This document shows, one piece after another, positions 11,880 to 20,263 of a stretch of 64,000 nt of DNA. Origin of the DNA: Methylophagaceae bacterium (GTDB lineage Bacteria; Pseudomonadota; Gammaproteobacteria; Nitrosococcales; Methylophagaceae); NCBI GenBank assembly GCA_965219435.1, contig OZ244743.1:1289903-1353902 (forward strand). Direction: 5' to 3'. The translations under genes and the position numbers were made by a program. The notes below the pieces were generated by a model. That model saw nothing but the letters and a program-made list of their open reading frames with translations, had not been told where the DNA came from and ran no database searches. Numbering within the stretch: position 1 is the first letter of the stretch; each line of letters starts with the position of its first letter.

Positions 11880-13748
11880 TTACTCAGCAAAGGACTTCCC
11901 GTTGTAACGAGTAATCATCATGACTGATGAACGGGGTTTATTATCGCCGCCTTCAGGAAAGTGAGAAGGAGTTGGACCTTCACCGGGATGTTGAATGCCG
12001 ACAAATAAAGTTTTGTTGTCTTCACTAAAACATAAACCGGTCATTTCACAACCAATTGGACCGGTCATAAAACGTCGGATTTCACCGGTATTTGGATCGC
12101 TGCATAACATTTGATTATTACCCATGCCGGTGAATTTACCTGTATTGGTAGTTTTACCATCGGTTAAGATCCACAAACGACCGGCGGCATCGAAACCAAT
12201 GCTGTCAGGACTATTAAACATATTGTCAGGCGTAATATTGGCTGTGCCTGCACGCATATCATCATACACGCTTGGATTACCAGCTAATAAGTACAAATCC
12301 CAGTCAAACCCATCAGCAGTATGGTCGTTTAATACTGGACGCCAGCGAATAATTTGACCGTAATGATTATCTTTTCGTGGATTGGGGCCATTAACGGCTT
12401 GTTCTGTTGAACCACGATCACTGTTATTGGTTAACGTGCAATAAACGGTAAATTGATCGGGGTGAACAGCAATCCATTCAGGGCGATCCATTTTGGTCGC
12501 ACCAACAATGCTGGCAGCTTTGCGGGCATAAATCAGTACTTCAGCTTGATCGGCAAACCCTGCTTCAGTCGTCAGACCGTTTTTGCCATGGGTTAACTCT
12601 AGCCATTCACCACGGCCACGTAAGGCGTCAAAGTCGCCATTAAACTGTGCAACATAAAGTGTGCCTTCAGAGAGTAAATCCCGATTTTGTTGTGGCTTAT
12701 TTTCATCAAATTTATTCTTTGAAACAAAGCGATAGATGTGCTCACCTTTTGAATCATCGCCCATGTAAACAACGATATGACCATCTTTATTAACGGTTAT
12801 TGCCGCATTTTCATGTTTAAATCGACCTAATGCTGACCGTTTTTGTGGAATCGAATCAGGATTCATTGGATCGATTTCGACTATCCAGCCAAAACGATTT
12901 GGCTCGTTGGGATTTTTGACAATATCAAACCGAGGATCGTGTTGCTCCCATTGGAAATAGGACGTGCCACCTGCAATATTATATCGTTGCTGTTCAGGAC
13001 TTTGCTGGTGTGGAGTGATGCTACCAAAATTAAAATTGATGTTTTCTTCACAGGCTAAATAGGTTCCCCATGGTGTTTTACCGTTAGCGCAATTATTAAA
13101 GGTACCTAAAATTTCTGTGCCTGTTGGATCGGCGTGTGTTTTTAATAATGAATGGCCTGTTGCTGGGCCTGTCATCTGCATCAACGTATTGGCAGTAATT
13201 CGTCGATTGAGCGTGCCTTGTTGATCAACCGCCCATGATGTACCTTTACGAGTAATTTCAAACAGTGAAACACCATGTGCTGCCTGACTTTTGGCGACAT
13301 CTTCGGCTGTTAGCGAGCTACCATCATGATCAAATAAATAGTCATGATTAGCGTATTCATTGTTGACCACCATCAAAGCACGGTCAGCACTGACAGGAAA
13401 ACACGACATGCCATCATTATTGTCGCCAAATTGTAAAGCTTGTGATGCGGCATTACCGTTGCCTGACGGATCAAATTGTGGTGCATTCGGAAAGAGGGGA
13501 TCGCCCCAAGAAATAAGCACTTCAGCGTGATAACCTTTAGGAACTATTACCTTATCACTGGTGCTGGCGGCTATCGATTCAAAGTCGAATAAGCTTGATG
13601 GCGTGGTAGAAAAGGCTTGTTTAATCGGCATACCAGCTAAAAAAGTGCCTGCACCGATAAGCCCCGCCGACTGTAGGAAGGAACGCCGACTTAATACTTC
13701 AGAAATTAAATATTCCAATTCAGATGAGTGAGCGGATTGTTCTTTCAT
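11880..13748 (-). CDS. phoX: PhoX-type (DUF839) secreted alkaline phosphatase with twin-arginine signal
   Basis: 622 aa. The TAT signal is SRRSFLQSAGLIGAGTFLAG. Beta-propeller-like body with GDNNDGM, NNCANGKTPWGTYLACEEN and PDSIGFD, typical of PhoX/DUF839. Confidence 0.8.
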   Translation of the reverse strand: MKEQSAHSSELEYLISEVLSRRSFLQSAGLIGAGTFLAGMPIKQAFSTTPSSLFDFESIAASTSDKVIVPKGYHAEVLISWGDPLFPNAPQFDPSGNGNAASQALQFGDNNDGMSCFPVSADRALMVVNNEYANHDYLFDHDGSSLTAEDVAKSQAAHGVSLFEITRKGTSWAVDQQGTLNRRITANTLMQMTGPATGHSLLKTHADPTGTEILGTFNNCANGKTPWGTYLACEENINFNFGSITPHQQSPEQQRYNIAGGTSYFQWEQHDPRFDIVKNPNEPNRFGWIVEIDPMNPDSIPQKRSALGRFKHENAAITVNKDGHIVVYMGDDSKGEHIYRFVSKNKFDENKPQQNRDLLSEGTLYVAQFNGDFDALRGRGEWLELTHGKNGLTTEAGFADQAEVLIYARKAASIVGATKMDRPEWIAVHPDQFTVYCTLTNNSDRGSTEQAVNGPNPRKDNHYGQIIRWRPVLNDHTADGFDWDLYLLAGNPSVYDDMRAGTANITPDNMFNSPDSIGFDAAGRLWILTDGKTTNTGKFTGMGNNQMLCSDPNTGEIRRFMTGPIGCEMTGLCFSEDNKTLFVGIQHPGEGPTPSHFPEGGDNKPRSSVMMITRYNGKSFAE

Positions 13749-13856
13749 AACGTCTCAAATTAAAAATTAAGATGGCAATGAGTGTGGTTTAAACAGTCAT
13801 TATGCTATTTATCAGCGACAGTTTAAGCGTCTTATGTGACGCTATAATGAAAGCTA

Positions 13857-14471
13857 TTATGACGATATGTGTTGTTTATATCGCTTTTGCCAACTAATGA
13901 AACCAAGCATGGCCAGTAAGGTATACACACCAAATAATATCACTGTCGCATAGAAGCCTGATTGGGCATAAAGAACGATAGCCGCCGCATCAATCACTAC
14001 CCAATATAGCCAATTCTGTAAGACTTTTTTTGCCATTAACCACGTGTTCATGACCGAAAAGATGGTCACGCTGGCATCAAGATAAGGATTTTGCGAGGTG
14101 TCAGTGATGTTTAAGTAATAAGCGGTCATCGCGCTGAGCACGGTTGCTATTATTATAAATATAATGTGTTTATGCCATGCCCAACTTGTGATGGCGAGAG
14201 TATCTTCAGTGGCACCATGTTTTCGCCATAAGGTGTAACCATAAATCGCCATGCCCATATAATAAAAATTGAGCAAAGCTTGCATGGGAAGCTGGCCTTG
14301 CCAAAACAAGACGGTGTAAATCAGTGTGCTGATAAACGCGATGGGCCAACACCATTGTGATTCTCTGGAAGCAAATACTATGTATGCCATGCCGAGTAGG
14401 GCGGCGAAAATTTCCCAACCCGACATCACGGCAAAAGCATCAACAATAAATGTTAGCCAATCAGATAGCAT
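13857..14471 (-). CDS. PnuC-family vitamin transporter (PnuT-like, probable thiamine or thiamine-precursor uptake)
   Basis: 204 aa with about 7 TM helices. ASRESQWCWPIAFISTLIY and LNFYYMGMAIYGYTLW match the PnuC family. It is the last gene of an operon headed by a TPP riboswitch. Confidence 0.8.
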   Translation of the reverse strand: MLSDWLTFIVDAFAVMSGWEIFAALLGMAYIVFASRESQWCWPIAFISTLIYTVLFWQGQLPMQALLNFYYMGMAIYGYTLWRKHGATEDTLAITSWAWHKHIIFIIIATVLSAMTAYYLNITDTSQNPYLDASVTIFSVMNTWLMAKKVLQNWLYWVVIDAAAIVLYAQSGFYATVILFGVYTLLAMLGFISWQKRYKQHISS

Positions 14472-14731
14472 TATTTATCAACTACATCAGCGCGGTCTGT
14501 GCCGACCATTTTTAAGACAAAAGCACTGTGGGGCATTACTTTAAATACTTGCTCAATTTCAGCATCCATCATATCCATGACATCGCGATATTCACCAAAT
14601 ACTTGGGTGCTTAAGCTATTACGTTTAACGATAAGTTTTGGGTTGGTTTCTAGTTTATCGATGAACGCTAAAATCGGTTCAACAAAACCTTCGGTCAGTG
14701 GATAAAGACTGATATCGATTGAAATACGCAT
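14471..14731 (-). CDS. YkoF/MTH1187-like thiamine/HMP-binding protein (single domain)
   Basis: 86 aa with no signal peptide. IDISLYPL...ILAFIDKL...LSTQVFGE resembles the SLYPM...sT.l.G pattern of YkoF repeats. 1-nt overlap with the pnuC-like start. Lies in a TPP riboswitch context. Confidence 0.55.
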   Translation of the reverse strand: MRISIDISLYPLTEGFVEPILAFIDKLETNPKLIVKRNSLSTQVFGEYRDVMDMMDAEIEQVFKVMPHSAFVLKMVGTDRADVVDK

Positions 14732-14749
14732 ACGTGTTTCCTTAGTTTG

Positions 14750-14780
14750 AAAGAAAAAAGGGCTCGTGAAGAACCCTTTT
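14750..14780 (-). terminator. intra-operon hairpin, possible partial terminator or attenuator
   Basis: The minus strand reads aagggttc-ttcac-gagccctt (8 bp including one G-U pair) followed by ttttctttc. It lies between the TonB receptor stop (14795) and the YkoF-like start (14731). Confidence 0.4.
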
Positions 14781-14794
14781 AAAAATGAGCGGGC

Positions 14795-16831
14795 TTAGTA
14801 GTCCCACGTTAGGTTTACACCCACTACGCGAGGTTCGCCATATTGAGTGTAAGTCTGTGGGTTATCCCAAGCGGGTGGATTGTTTGCAAAAAAGAATCCG
14901 CGAGTGTAATAGTCTTTATTTAATAAATTACGTCCCCATAGCGATACTTTCCAATCACCATGCTTGTAATCTAAGCTAGAATTAACGATAGTGTAAGAAC
15001 TTGATTTAGCGCTATGACTATTTGAGTAATAAAATTCATCTCTGCCTTCAATATTGGCTCTATATGTCCAATTTGACGTTAAATAAACTTCACTTCCTAA
15101 GCTAAATTGATAAGTGGGCGCATGCGCTTGACGACGACCATTTACGTCGTAGGCTGCGGGGTTAGGATTATCATATTCATCAAATGTCGCATTAAGTAAG
15201 CCTAAAGAAGCAAAAATGCGTAACGTGTCAGATGCCGACCAATCTAACTCAGCTTCAAGACCATAATTAGTGCCTTTAGCTGCATTATTTAGGTAGTCCT
15301 TAAATTGACCTCCACCGATATCAATCGAGGTTTTGACTTGTGCATCACGGCGTAGTGAATAGAAAAGGCTAATATTGGTCATTAAGTCACCATCAAGCCA
15401 AAGTGATTTAAGGCCTGTTTCCAAACTCCACATATATTCGGTATTAAACTCAAGTTGAGAAGGGAGTAATGAGGTATTGTTGTTTATGCCTCCAGATTTA
15501 TAGCCTCGAGATAGCGAGGTGTAGAGCAGTTGACTGTCCTCTAATTGGTAATTTAAACCGAGCTTGCCACCAAATAAGACCTCATCTACCTCTTCATTAA
15601 TCCCGTTAGAATCAACATAATCAGCCGTGAAATATTCGACACGTAAACCTGAAATAAACGTTAATTTATCACTTAGATGGGTATCCAGCTGACCAAATAT
15701 AGAGGTGTTTTCAGTTTTGTACGAGTTATCTAAATTGCCGTAATCAGAGTTTAAGTCCAATTTTTCATCTTGGGCTAAGTGATAAAAGCCCACAGCCCAT
15801 TCTGTCGTGTTATCAAAAATCCAACCCTCCTCATTTGAGAGTGCTTTAACTTCAAATGAATGATTGTTTCTATCGCGATTAAATTCTTCAGCAGCGTTAT
15901 AGATGGGGTTGTTATCCCAGTCTGCATCATAACTATAAACACTGTTTGAGTTTAAGTAGGTGAATGCTGTTTGAAGTTGTAACGCACTGCTTGCGCGCCA
16001 ATCTGCTTTTAAGGCGATAGCATCTGTTTTTTGACTATCTTCCCCTGGTTGATCGGCTTGACTATGACGTGAGTTATCAAGTGTAAATGCATCATAACCA
16101 TTATCAATATTAAGGTGTATTAAATTTAAATCGACAGTTAATCGATCGCTTGCCAACCATTTCAAATGACCTTTTGCAGTGATTTCATCTTGATCATGCG
16201 TGTCGTCACGATTTAAGAAGTCATTGTCCATATAACCATCAGATTGATAGCTGTTGATTGAAGCGCGACCGAGTAATTTATCTTCAACTAAAGCACCGCC
16301 AACTGCGACGCCAAAATTGTGCGTTCCATATTGGGCGATGCCTGTTTCAAGATGAATATCAAGATCATTAGTCGGTTGTTTACTTTGCATATTAATCACA
16401 CCCGCAAGGGCATTAGTACCAAAGCGTGTGCCTTGAGGACCGCGTAATATATCAACTTGTTCTATGTCAAATAAGGTCGCGGCTCCACCAATTCGGCTAA
16501 AGTCGATACCATCAATCATCAAGCCAACAGACGGATTGATAGGTGATGAAAATTGGCTACGTTCACCAATACCACGAATTTGGAAATATTGACCACGAGA
16601 AGCACCACTTGAAATGTTTACATTTGGTGCTAGATTTAGTATTTCTTCGATATGTTGAGCACCCCGAGATTCAATGATGTCACTGTCGATAGTGGTCAAA
16701 CTGATGGGGGTTTTTTGAGCGGTACTGGGTCGAAAGTCAGCACTGACAAGCATGGCAGGTAATTCAATTTCAGCTAGTGCTTGAGTGGAAAGTAAAGCGG
16801 TGATTGCAGCAGGTAAAAATTTAAACTTCAT
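14795..16831 (-). CDS. TonB-dependent outer membrane receptor (thiamine-related by riboswitch context)
   Basis: 678 aa. Signal peptide MKFKFLPAAITALLSTQALA. Plug domain (ILNLAPNV, RGIGERS, DIEQVDILRGPQGTRFGTNALAGVINM). Ends in the beta-barrel terminal NLTWDY. Confidence 0.9.
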   Translation of the reverse strand: MKFKFLPAAITALLSTQALAEIELPAMLVSADFRPSTAQKTPISLTTIDSDIIESRGAQHIEEILNLAPNVNISSGASRGQYFQIRGIGERSQFSSPINPSVGLMIDGIDFSRIGGAATLFDIEQVDILRGPQGTRFGTNALAGVINMQSKQPTNDLDIHLETGIAQYGTHNFGVAVGGALVEDKLLGRASINSYQSDGYMDNDFLNRDDTHDQDEITAKGHLKWLASDRLTVDLNLIHLNIDNGYDAFTLDNSRHSQADQPGEDSQKTDAIALKADWRASSALQLQTAFTYLNSNSVYSYDADWDNNPIYNAAEEFNRDRNNHSFEVKALSNEEGWIFDNTTEWAVGFYHLAQDEKLDLNSDYGNLDNSYKTENTSIFGQLDTHLSDKLTFISGLRVEYFTADYVDSNGINEEVDEVLFGGKLGLNYQLEDSQLLYTSLSRGYKSGGINNNTSLLPSQLEFNTEYMWSLETGLKSLWLDGDLMTNISLFYSLRRDAQVKTSIDIGGGQFKDYLNNAAKGTNYGLEAELDWSASDTLRIFASLGLLNATFDEYDNPNPAAYDVNGRRQAHAPTYQFSLGSEVYLTSNWTYRANIEGRDEFYYSNSHSAKSSSYTIVNSSLDYKHGDWKVSLWGRNLLNKDYYTRGFFFANNPPAWDNPQTYTQYGEPRVVGVNLTWDY

Positions 16832-16909
16832 TGTTGGCCTTTTTAAATAATAAAAAGGACAGGGGATAATTCATTGAACGCACTTTATAACAACGTGTTA
16901 ATGCAGTAT

Positions 16910-17003
16910 CTCGGCCTGTCCCTACGCCAGTATTAACTGGATCAGGTTCATAGGGTTCTTTCTTCAATCAGAAAATCTCAGGCCAAATGGCCGCCCCTAG
17001 GCT
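16910..17003 (-). promoter_or_regulatory. TPP (THI-box) riboswitch
   Basis: The minus strand reads cctaGGGGcggccatttggCCTGAGAttttctgattgaagaaagaACCCtatGAACCTGATCCAGTTAATACTGGCGTAGGGAcaggcc, which contains all conserved THI-element blocks. A perfect TATAAT lies on the same strand at 17053..17048. Confidence 0.85.
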
Positions 17004-17069
17004 TAAATTTGAATGTTGGCTTAAAGACCATATCAAATTTGCAATGAATTATACGCCAAGCTACTGTTT

Positions 17070-17432
17070 TTAGCCATATTTGGTTGACGCCATAACCATG
17101 CTTTTACTAATGGATTGTATTAGGTGTTCTTGGGTTTCGCAGAATTCAATAGATACATGGAATAAATGTGAAGCTTTTTTATCAAACTTGCATCGCACAA
17201 CAGTGCCATTTGTTGTTAATTGTGTGCCCATGTTTTGGTCAAACGCTATTTGAATCTGATCGCCTAGTTTTACGCGATAATTAGTCGTGATATAAATCCC
17301 GCCGGCACTGATGTTTTGGGTTATACCGGTGTGTGGAGAGATATTTTGGTGACTTGCAATAATGAAGCTTATCTGAGTTTCGAGAGTAATTCTGACAAAT
17401 CTGCGTCTTTCTTTAACATCATTCTGGGGCAT
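17070..17432 (-). CDS. PilZ domain protein (c-di-GMP receptor)
   Basis: 120 aa. RRRFVRI supplies the RxxxR motif, and NISAGGIYI supplies the (D/N)xSxxG motif at the expected spacing. Confidence 0.8.
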   Translation of the reverse strand: MPQNDVKERRRFVRITLETQISFIIASHQNISPHTGITQNISAGGIYITTNYRVKLGDQIQIAFDQNMGTQLTTNGTVVRCKFDKKASHLFHVSIEFCETQEHLIQSISKSMVMASTKYG

Positions 17433-17526
17433 TGCTCTAGCCCTCCAAACCGTTCAAATATATTGCCAGATTACGGAACATCGAAAATAGTAACAAGGAA
17501 CTAATCGACTATTTTGAGTTACAGTA

Positions 17527-17898
17527 TTATTTGATACTCGATCTGCATGCTGGGCAAATTCTCAGTTTACTATTGAGGCGCGTTGTGGCCACTTTATTGC
17601 CATATTCGTCATAACACCTTGGGCAGAAAAAACCTTTTTCACCAGAAAAAATATAACAGCCTGATTTTACTCCTGGTGTATTGATTACAATGGGTGAGTG
17701 TTTTTTGAGATTGGTTGGATTTTTACTTAGTAGCACTACCTGTTGTTGCAGAGAAGAGGTATTTGCTTTTATCTGATCTAAATGGCGTGTTAATGCATCT
17801 AATAAGGTAGCAATTTCAGGCTGGCGATTATCAGTGATGACTGCTGAAAGTTGTTTTATAAGTGATTTTGATTGGGCGATAGGATCAAAAATGTCCAT
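17527..17898 (-). CDS. hypothetical protein: N-terminal coiled coil plus C-terminal CxxC...CxxC zinc ribbon
   Basis: 123 aa. The C-terminus is FFCPRCYDEYGNKVATTRLNSKLRICPACRSSIK. I recognise no family. Starts 21 nt after the cysB stop. Confidence 0.5.
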   Translation of the reverse strand: MDIFDPIAQSKSLIKQLSAVITDNRQPEIATLLDALTRHLDQIKANTSSLQQQVVLLSKNPTNLKKHSPIVINTPGVKSGCYIFSGEKGFFCPRCYDEYGNKVATTRLNSKLRICPACRSSIK

Positions 17899-17919
17899 AT
17901 TGAGGCCTATTATTAATGA

Positions 17920-18837
17920 TTAAGCAATCGCTTTTTTGACTACTTTTTGTGTTAAGTGAGGCGCCAGATACTCAATAAAAGCATAGCTAAAGCCTCGTAG
18001 ATAATTACCCCGGCGAATCCCCATATGAGTAGTGCTAGGCTTGAATAGATGACTCACATCAAGAGCTTCGAGGGGTGCGTCTTTAATGGGATCAAAGGCC
18101 ATACTAGCGATAATTCCAATACCTAAGCCGAGTTCGACATAGGTTTTGATGACATCGGCATCGGTTGCGGTGAAGACAACATTAGGCGTTAATCCTTGCT
18201 CAATAAAGGATTGATCTTGTTGTGCCCGCCCCGTGAAACCCATGACATAAGTCAAAATCGGAAATTGCGAAATGGCATTGAGTGTGAGCCTTTTTTCCGA
18301 TAATAAAGGGTGGTTAGGTGGCACTACAATTGAGCGATTCCACTCATAACATGGCAATATCGCTAGTGCGTCAAATTCGGCTAAGCCTTCTGTTGCAATG
18401 GCTATGTCCACTTTTCCTGTGGCAGCCATTTCGGCAATTTCGGTTGGTGTACCTTGTACCATGTTTAAATGTACATTGGGGTAGCGTTGCGAAAACGCTT
18501 TGATTGCTTTGGGTAATGCGTAACGTGCTTGGGTATGAGTTGTGCCTATAGATAACGTGCCCAGTTGATCATTTTTACTGTCGGCTGCCAGCTGGCGAAT
18601 ATTTTCCACATCCAGTAACACTCGGTCCGCCATTTCAATCACCGATTGACCGACATTAGTTAGCCCTGTCAAACGTTTACCATGACGCTCAAAAATTTTT
18701 AAGCCAAGCTCATCTTCAAGTAATTGAACTTGATTACTTACCCCTGGTTGAGAAGTATGCATGGCATTAGCTGCTGCAGAGATACTTAAGCCTCGTCGTG
18801 CAATTTCTCGTACGTATTTTAACTGCTGTAATTTCAT
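17920..18837 (-). CDS. cysB: LysR-family transcriptional regulator CysB/Cbl
   Basis: MKLQQLKYVREIARRGLSISAAANAMHTSQPGVSNQVQLLEDELGLKIFERHGKRL is nearly colinear with the E. coli CysB N-terminus. Divergent from a sulfur assimilation operon. Confidence 0.85.
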   Translation of the reverse strand: MKLQQLKYVREIARRGLSISAAANAMHTSQPGVSNQVQLLEDELGLKIFERHGKRLTGLTNVGQSVIEMADRVLLDVENIRQLAADSKNDQLGTLSIGTTHTQARYALPKAIKAFSQRYPNVHLNMVQGTPTEIAEMAATGKVDIAIATEGLAEFDALAILPCYEWNRSIVVPPNHPLLSEKRLTLNAISQFPILTYVMGFTGRAQQDQSFIEQGLTPNVVFTATDADVIKTYVELGLGIGIIASMAFDPIKDAPLEALDVSHLFKPSTTHMGIRRGNYLRGFSYAFIEYLAPHLTQKVVKKAIA

Positions 18838-19241
18838 TTAGATGTTTTTAGTCAACTTGATAATGAGTATATATTATCTGTCATATTTGAAACACGTTAG
18901 TTCGCTTAGTGGCTTTTATTGTGCATTGTTGAATGGCCATATTAACCCTACTTATTTAATTTAACCCGATGCATTAGAGATAGATAACGTGAACTCTTTT
19001 TGAAAGCTATAAATTCTTAGCCTCCCAGTTCACTTATTTCAAAGTGGATTTGGCGGAACATAAAATAGATTACTCATTTTAATTTGCTACAGAATAGCTT
19101 TTTTCATATTAAGCTTGAAGCTATATCTTAAAGCGCTTATATAATATTTAGTTATATCTATAGAGAATAATATTCGTTGATAGAATATTGAGTGCTGTTA
19201 AAATCACTAACTTTTATTACAGTGGCAGGCATAATCAAGCG

Positions 19242-20042
19242 ATGGATTGGGGATATTTATTAGCCGGCTTATTTGTGGGTGTCATGGTCGGAATGACAGG
19301 CGTGGGGGGCGGCTCATTAATGACGCCAATTCTTATTTTTGGTTTTGCCATTCAACCTGCAGTAGCCGTTGGTACCGATTTATTATTTGCTGCGATGACC
19401 AAGGCTGGTGGTGTGTGGGCTTACTGGCGACATGGTGCTGTAAACTGGCTCGTGGTTAAGCGTTTGGCAATGGGCAGTATCACAACAACGACTTTAACAT
19501 TATGGTTTTTAGCCACAAGCGATATTGGCAATGGTCAGCATAATAATTTAATCACCTCGGCTTTGGGGGTCGCATTGATTCTGACATCCAGCGCTCTATT
19601 ATTAAAGTCTTGGATTGGTGGGATGATGAAAGCACAAGCCAACCATGCCGTCATAAGTGCGCTTTATAGTATGCGGCAAGATGAAAAACATAAAGCATTA
19701 GCCACGATTATAACGGGTGGCTTTTTAGGGATCATGGTGACCTTGTCGTCAGTGGGTGCAGGTGCTTTAGGCGCAGTTATTTTATTGTTTTTATACCCTA
19801 AAATGAAAGGTGTAGAAATTGTAGCGACGGACATCGCCCATGCAGTGCCGCTGACCGCTCTTGCTGGTTTGGGCCATTCAACGGTGGGAACGGTAGATTG
19901 GTCTTTATTATCATTTTTAGTGATGGGATCGCTACCAGGTATTTATATCGGTAGTCATTTGGGAGTGAAAATTCCTGACCATATTATGAGGCCTCTTTTA
20001 GCTTTAATTTTATTAGGAGTGGGGATTAAATGTCTGATCTAA
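19242..20042 (+). CDS. TSUP (TauE/SafE) family anion permease
   Basis: Polytopic membrane protein with the duplicated Gly-rich motif (MTGVGGGSLMTP and SSVGAGALGAV). Start placed at MDWGYLLAGL (19242). The ORF track begins at a TTG at 19188. Confidence 0.8.
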   Translation: MDWGYLLAGLFVGVMVGMTGVGGGSLMTPILIFGFAIQPAVAVGTDLLFAAMTKAGGVWAYWRHGAVNWLVVKRLAMGSITTTTLTLWFLATSDIGNGQHNNLITSALGVALILTSSALLLKSWIGGMMKAQANHAVISALYSMRQDEKHKALATIITGGFLGIMVTLSSVGAGALGAVILLFLYPKMKGVEIVATDIAHAVPLTALAGLGHSTVGTVDWSLLSFLVMGSLPGIYIGSHLGVKIPDHIMRPLLALILLGVGIKCLI

Positions 20043-20263
20043 TAAAAACAGTCAATCTCACTTTATATGGTTGTCCCATGCACTATATTAAAGCGCGAGA
20101 AGCGCTTCATAAAATGGAACAAGAGCAAACCATTTTTTTTGAGGTCAATAATGGTGATGCTGTTAATGACGTTATGAATAGTTTGCGTCACGATGGGCAA
20201 ATGTGTGAGATAGAATCGAATCAATCGTTAACAACTACGATTAAGGTGACCAAAATAATATGA
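20030..20263 (+). CDS. TusA/SirA-like small sulfur-carrier-fold protein
   Basis: 77 aa. LTLYGCPMHYIKAREALHKM aligns with the TusA GLRCPEPVMMVRKTV region, with Cys-Pro kept and the second Pro replaced by His. Overlaps the permease stop by 13 nt and the cysH start by 4 nt. Confidence 0.6.
   Translation: MSDLIKTVNLTLYGCPMHYIKAREALHKMEQEQTIFFEVNNGDAVNDVMNSLRHDGQMCEIESNQSLTTTIKVTKII

Noticed and set aside
13749-13856. Pho box upstream of phoX (ctgtcgctgataaatagcataatgactgttt on the minus strand) and a 6-bp hairpin (agcgtc/gacgct) after the pnuC-like gene.
   Set aside because: Only one CTGTC-type half-site is decent, and the second is not at the 11-bp phasing required for PhoB. The hairpin is short and lacks a U-tract. 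Neither is supportable from the sequence alone.
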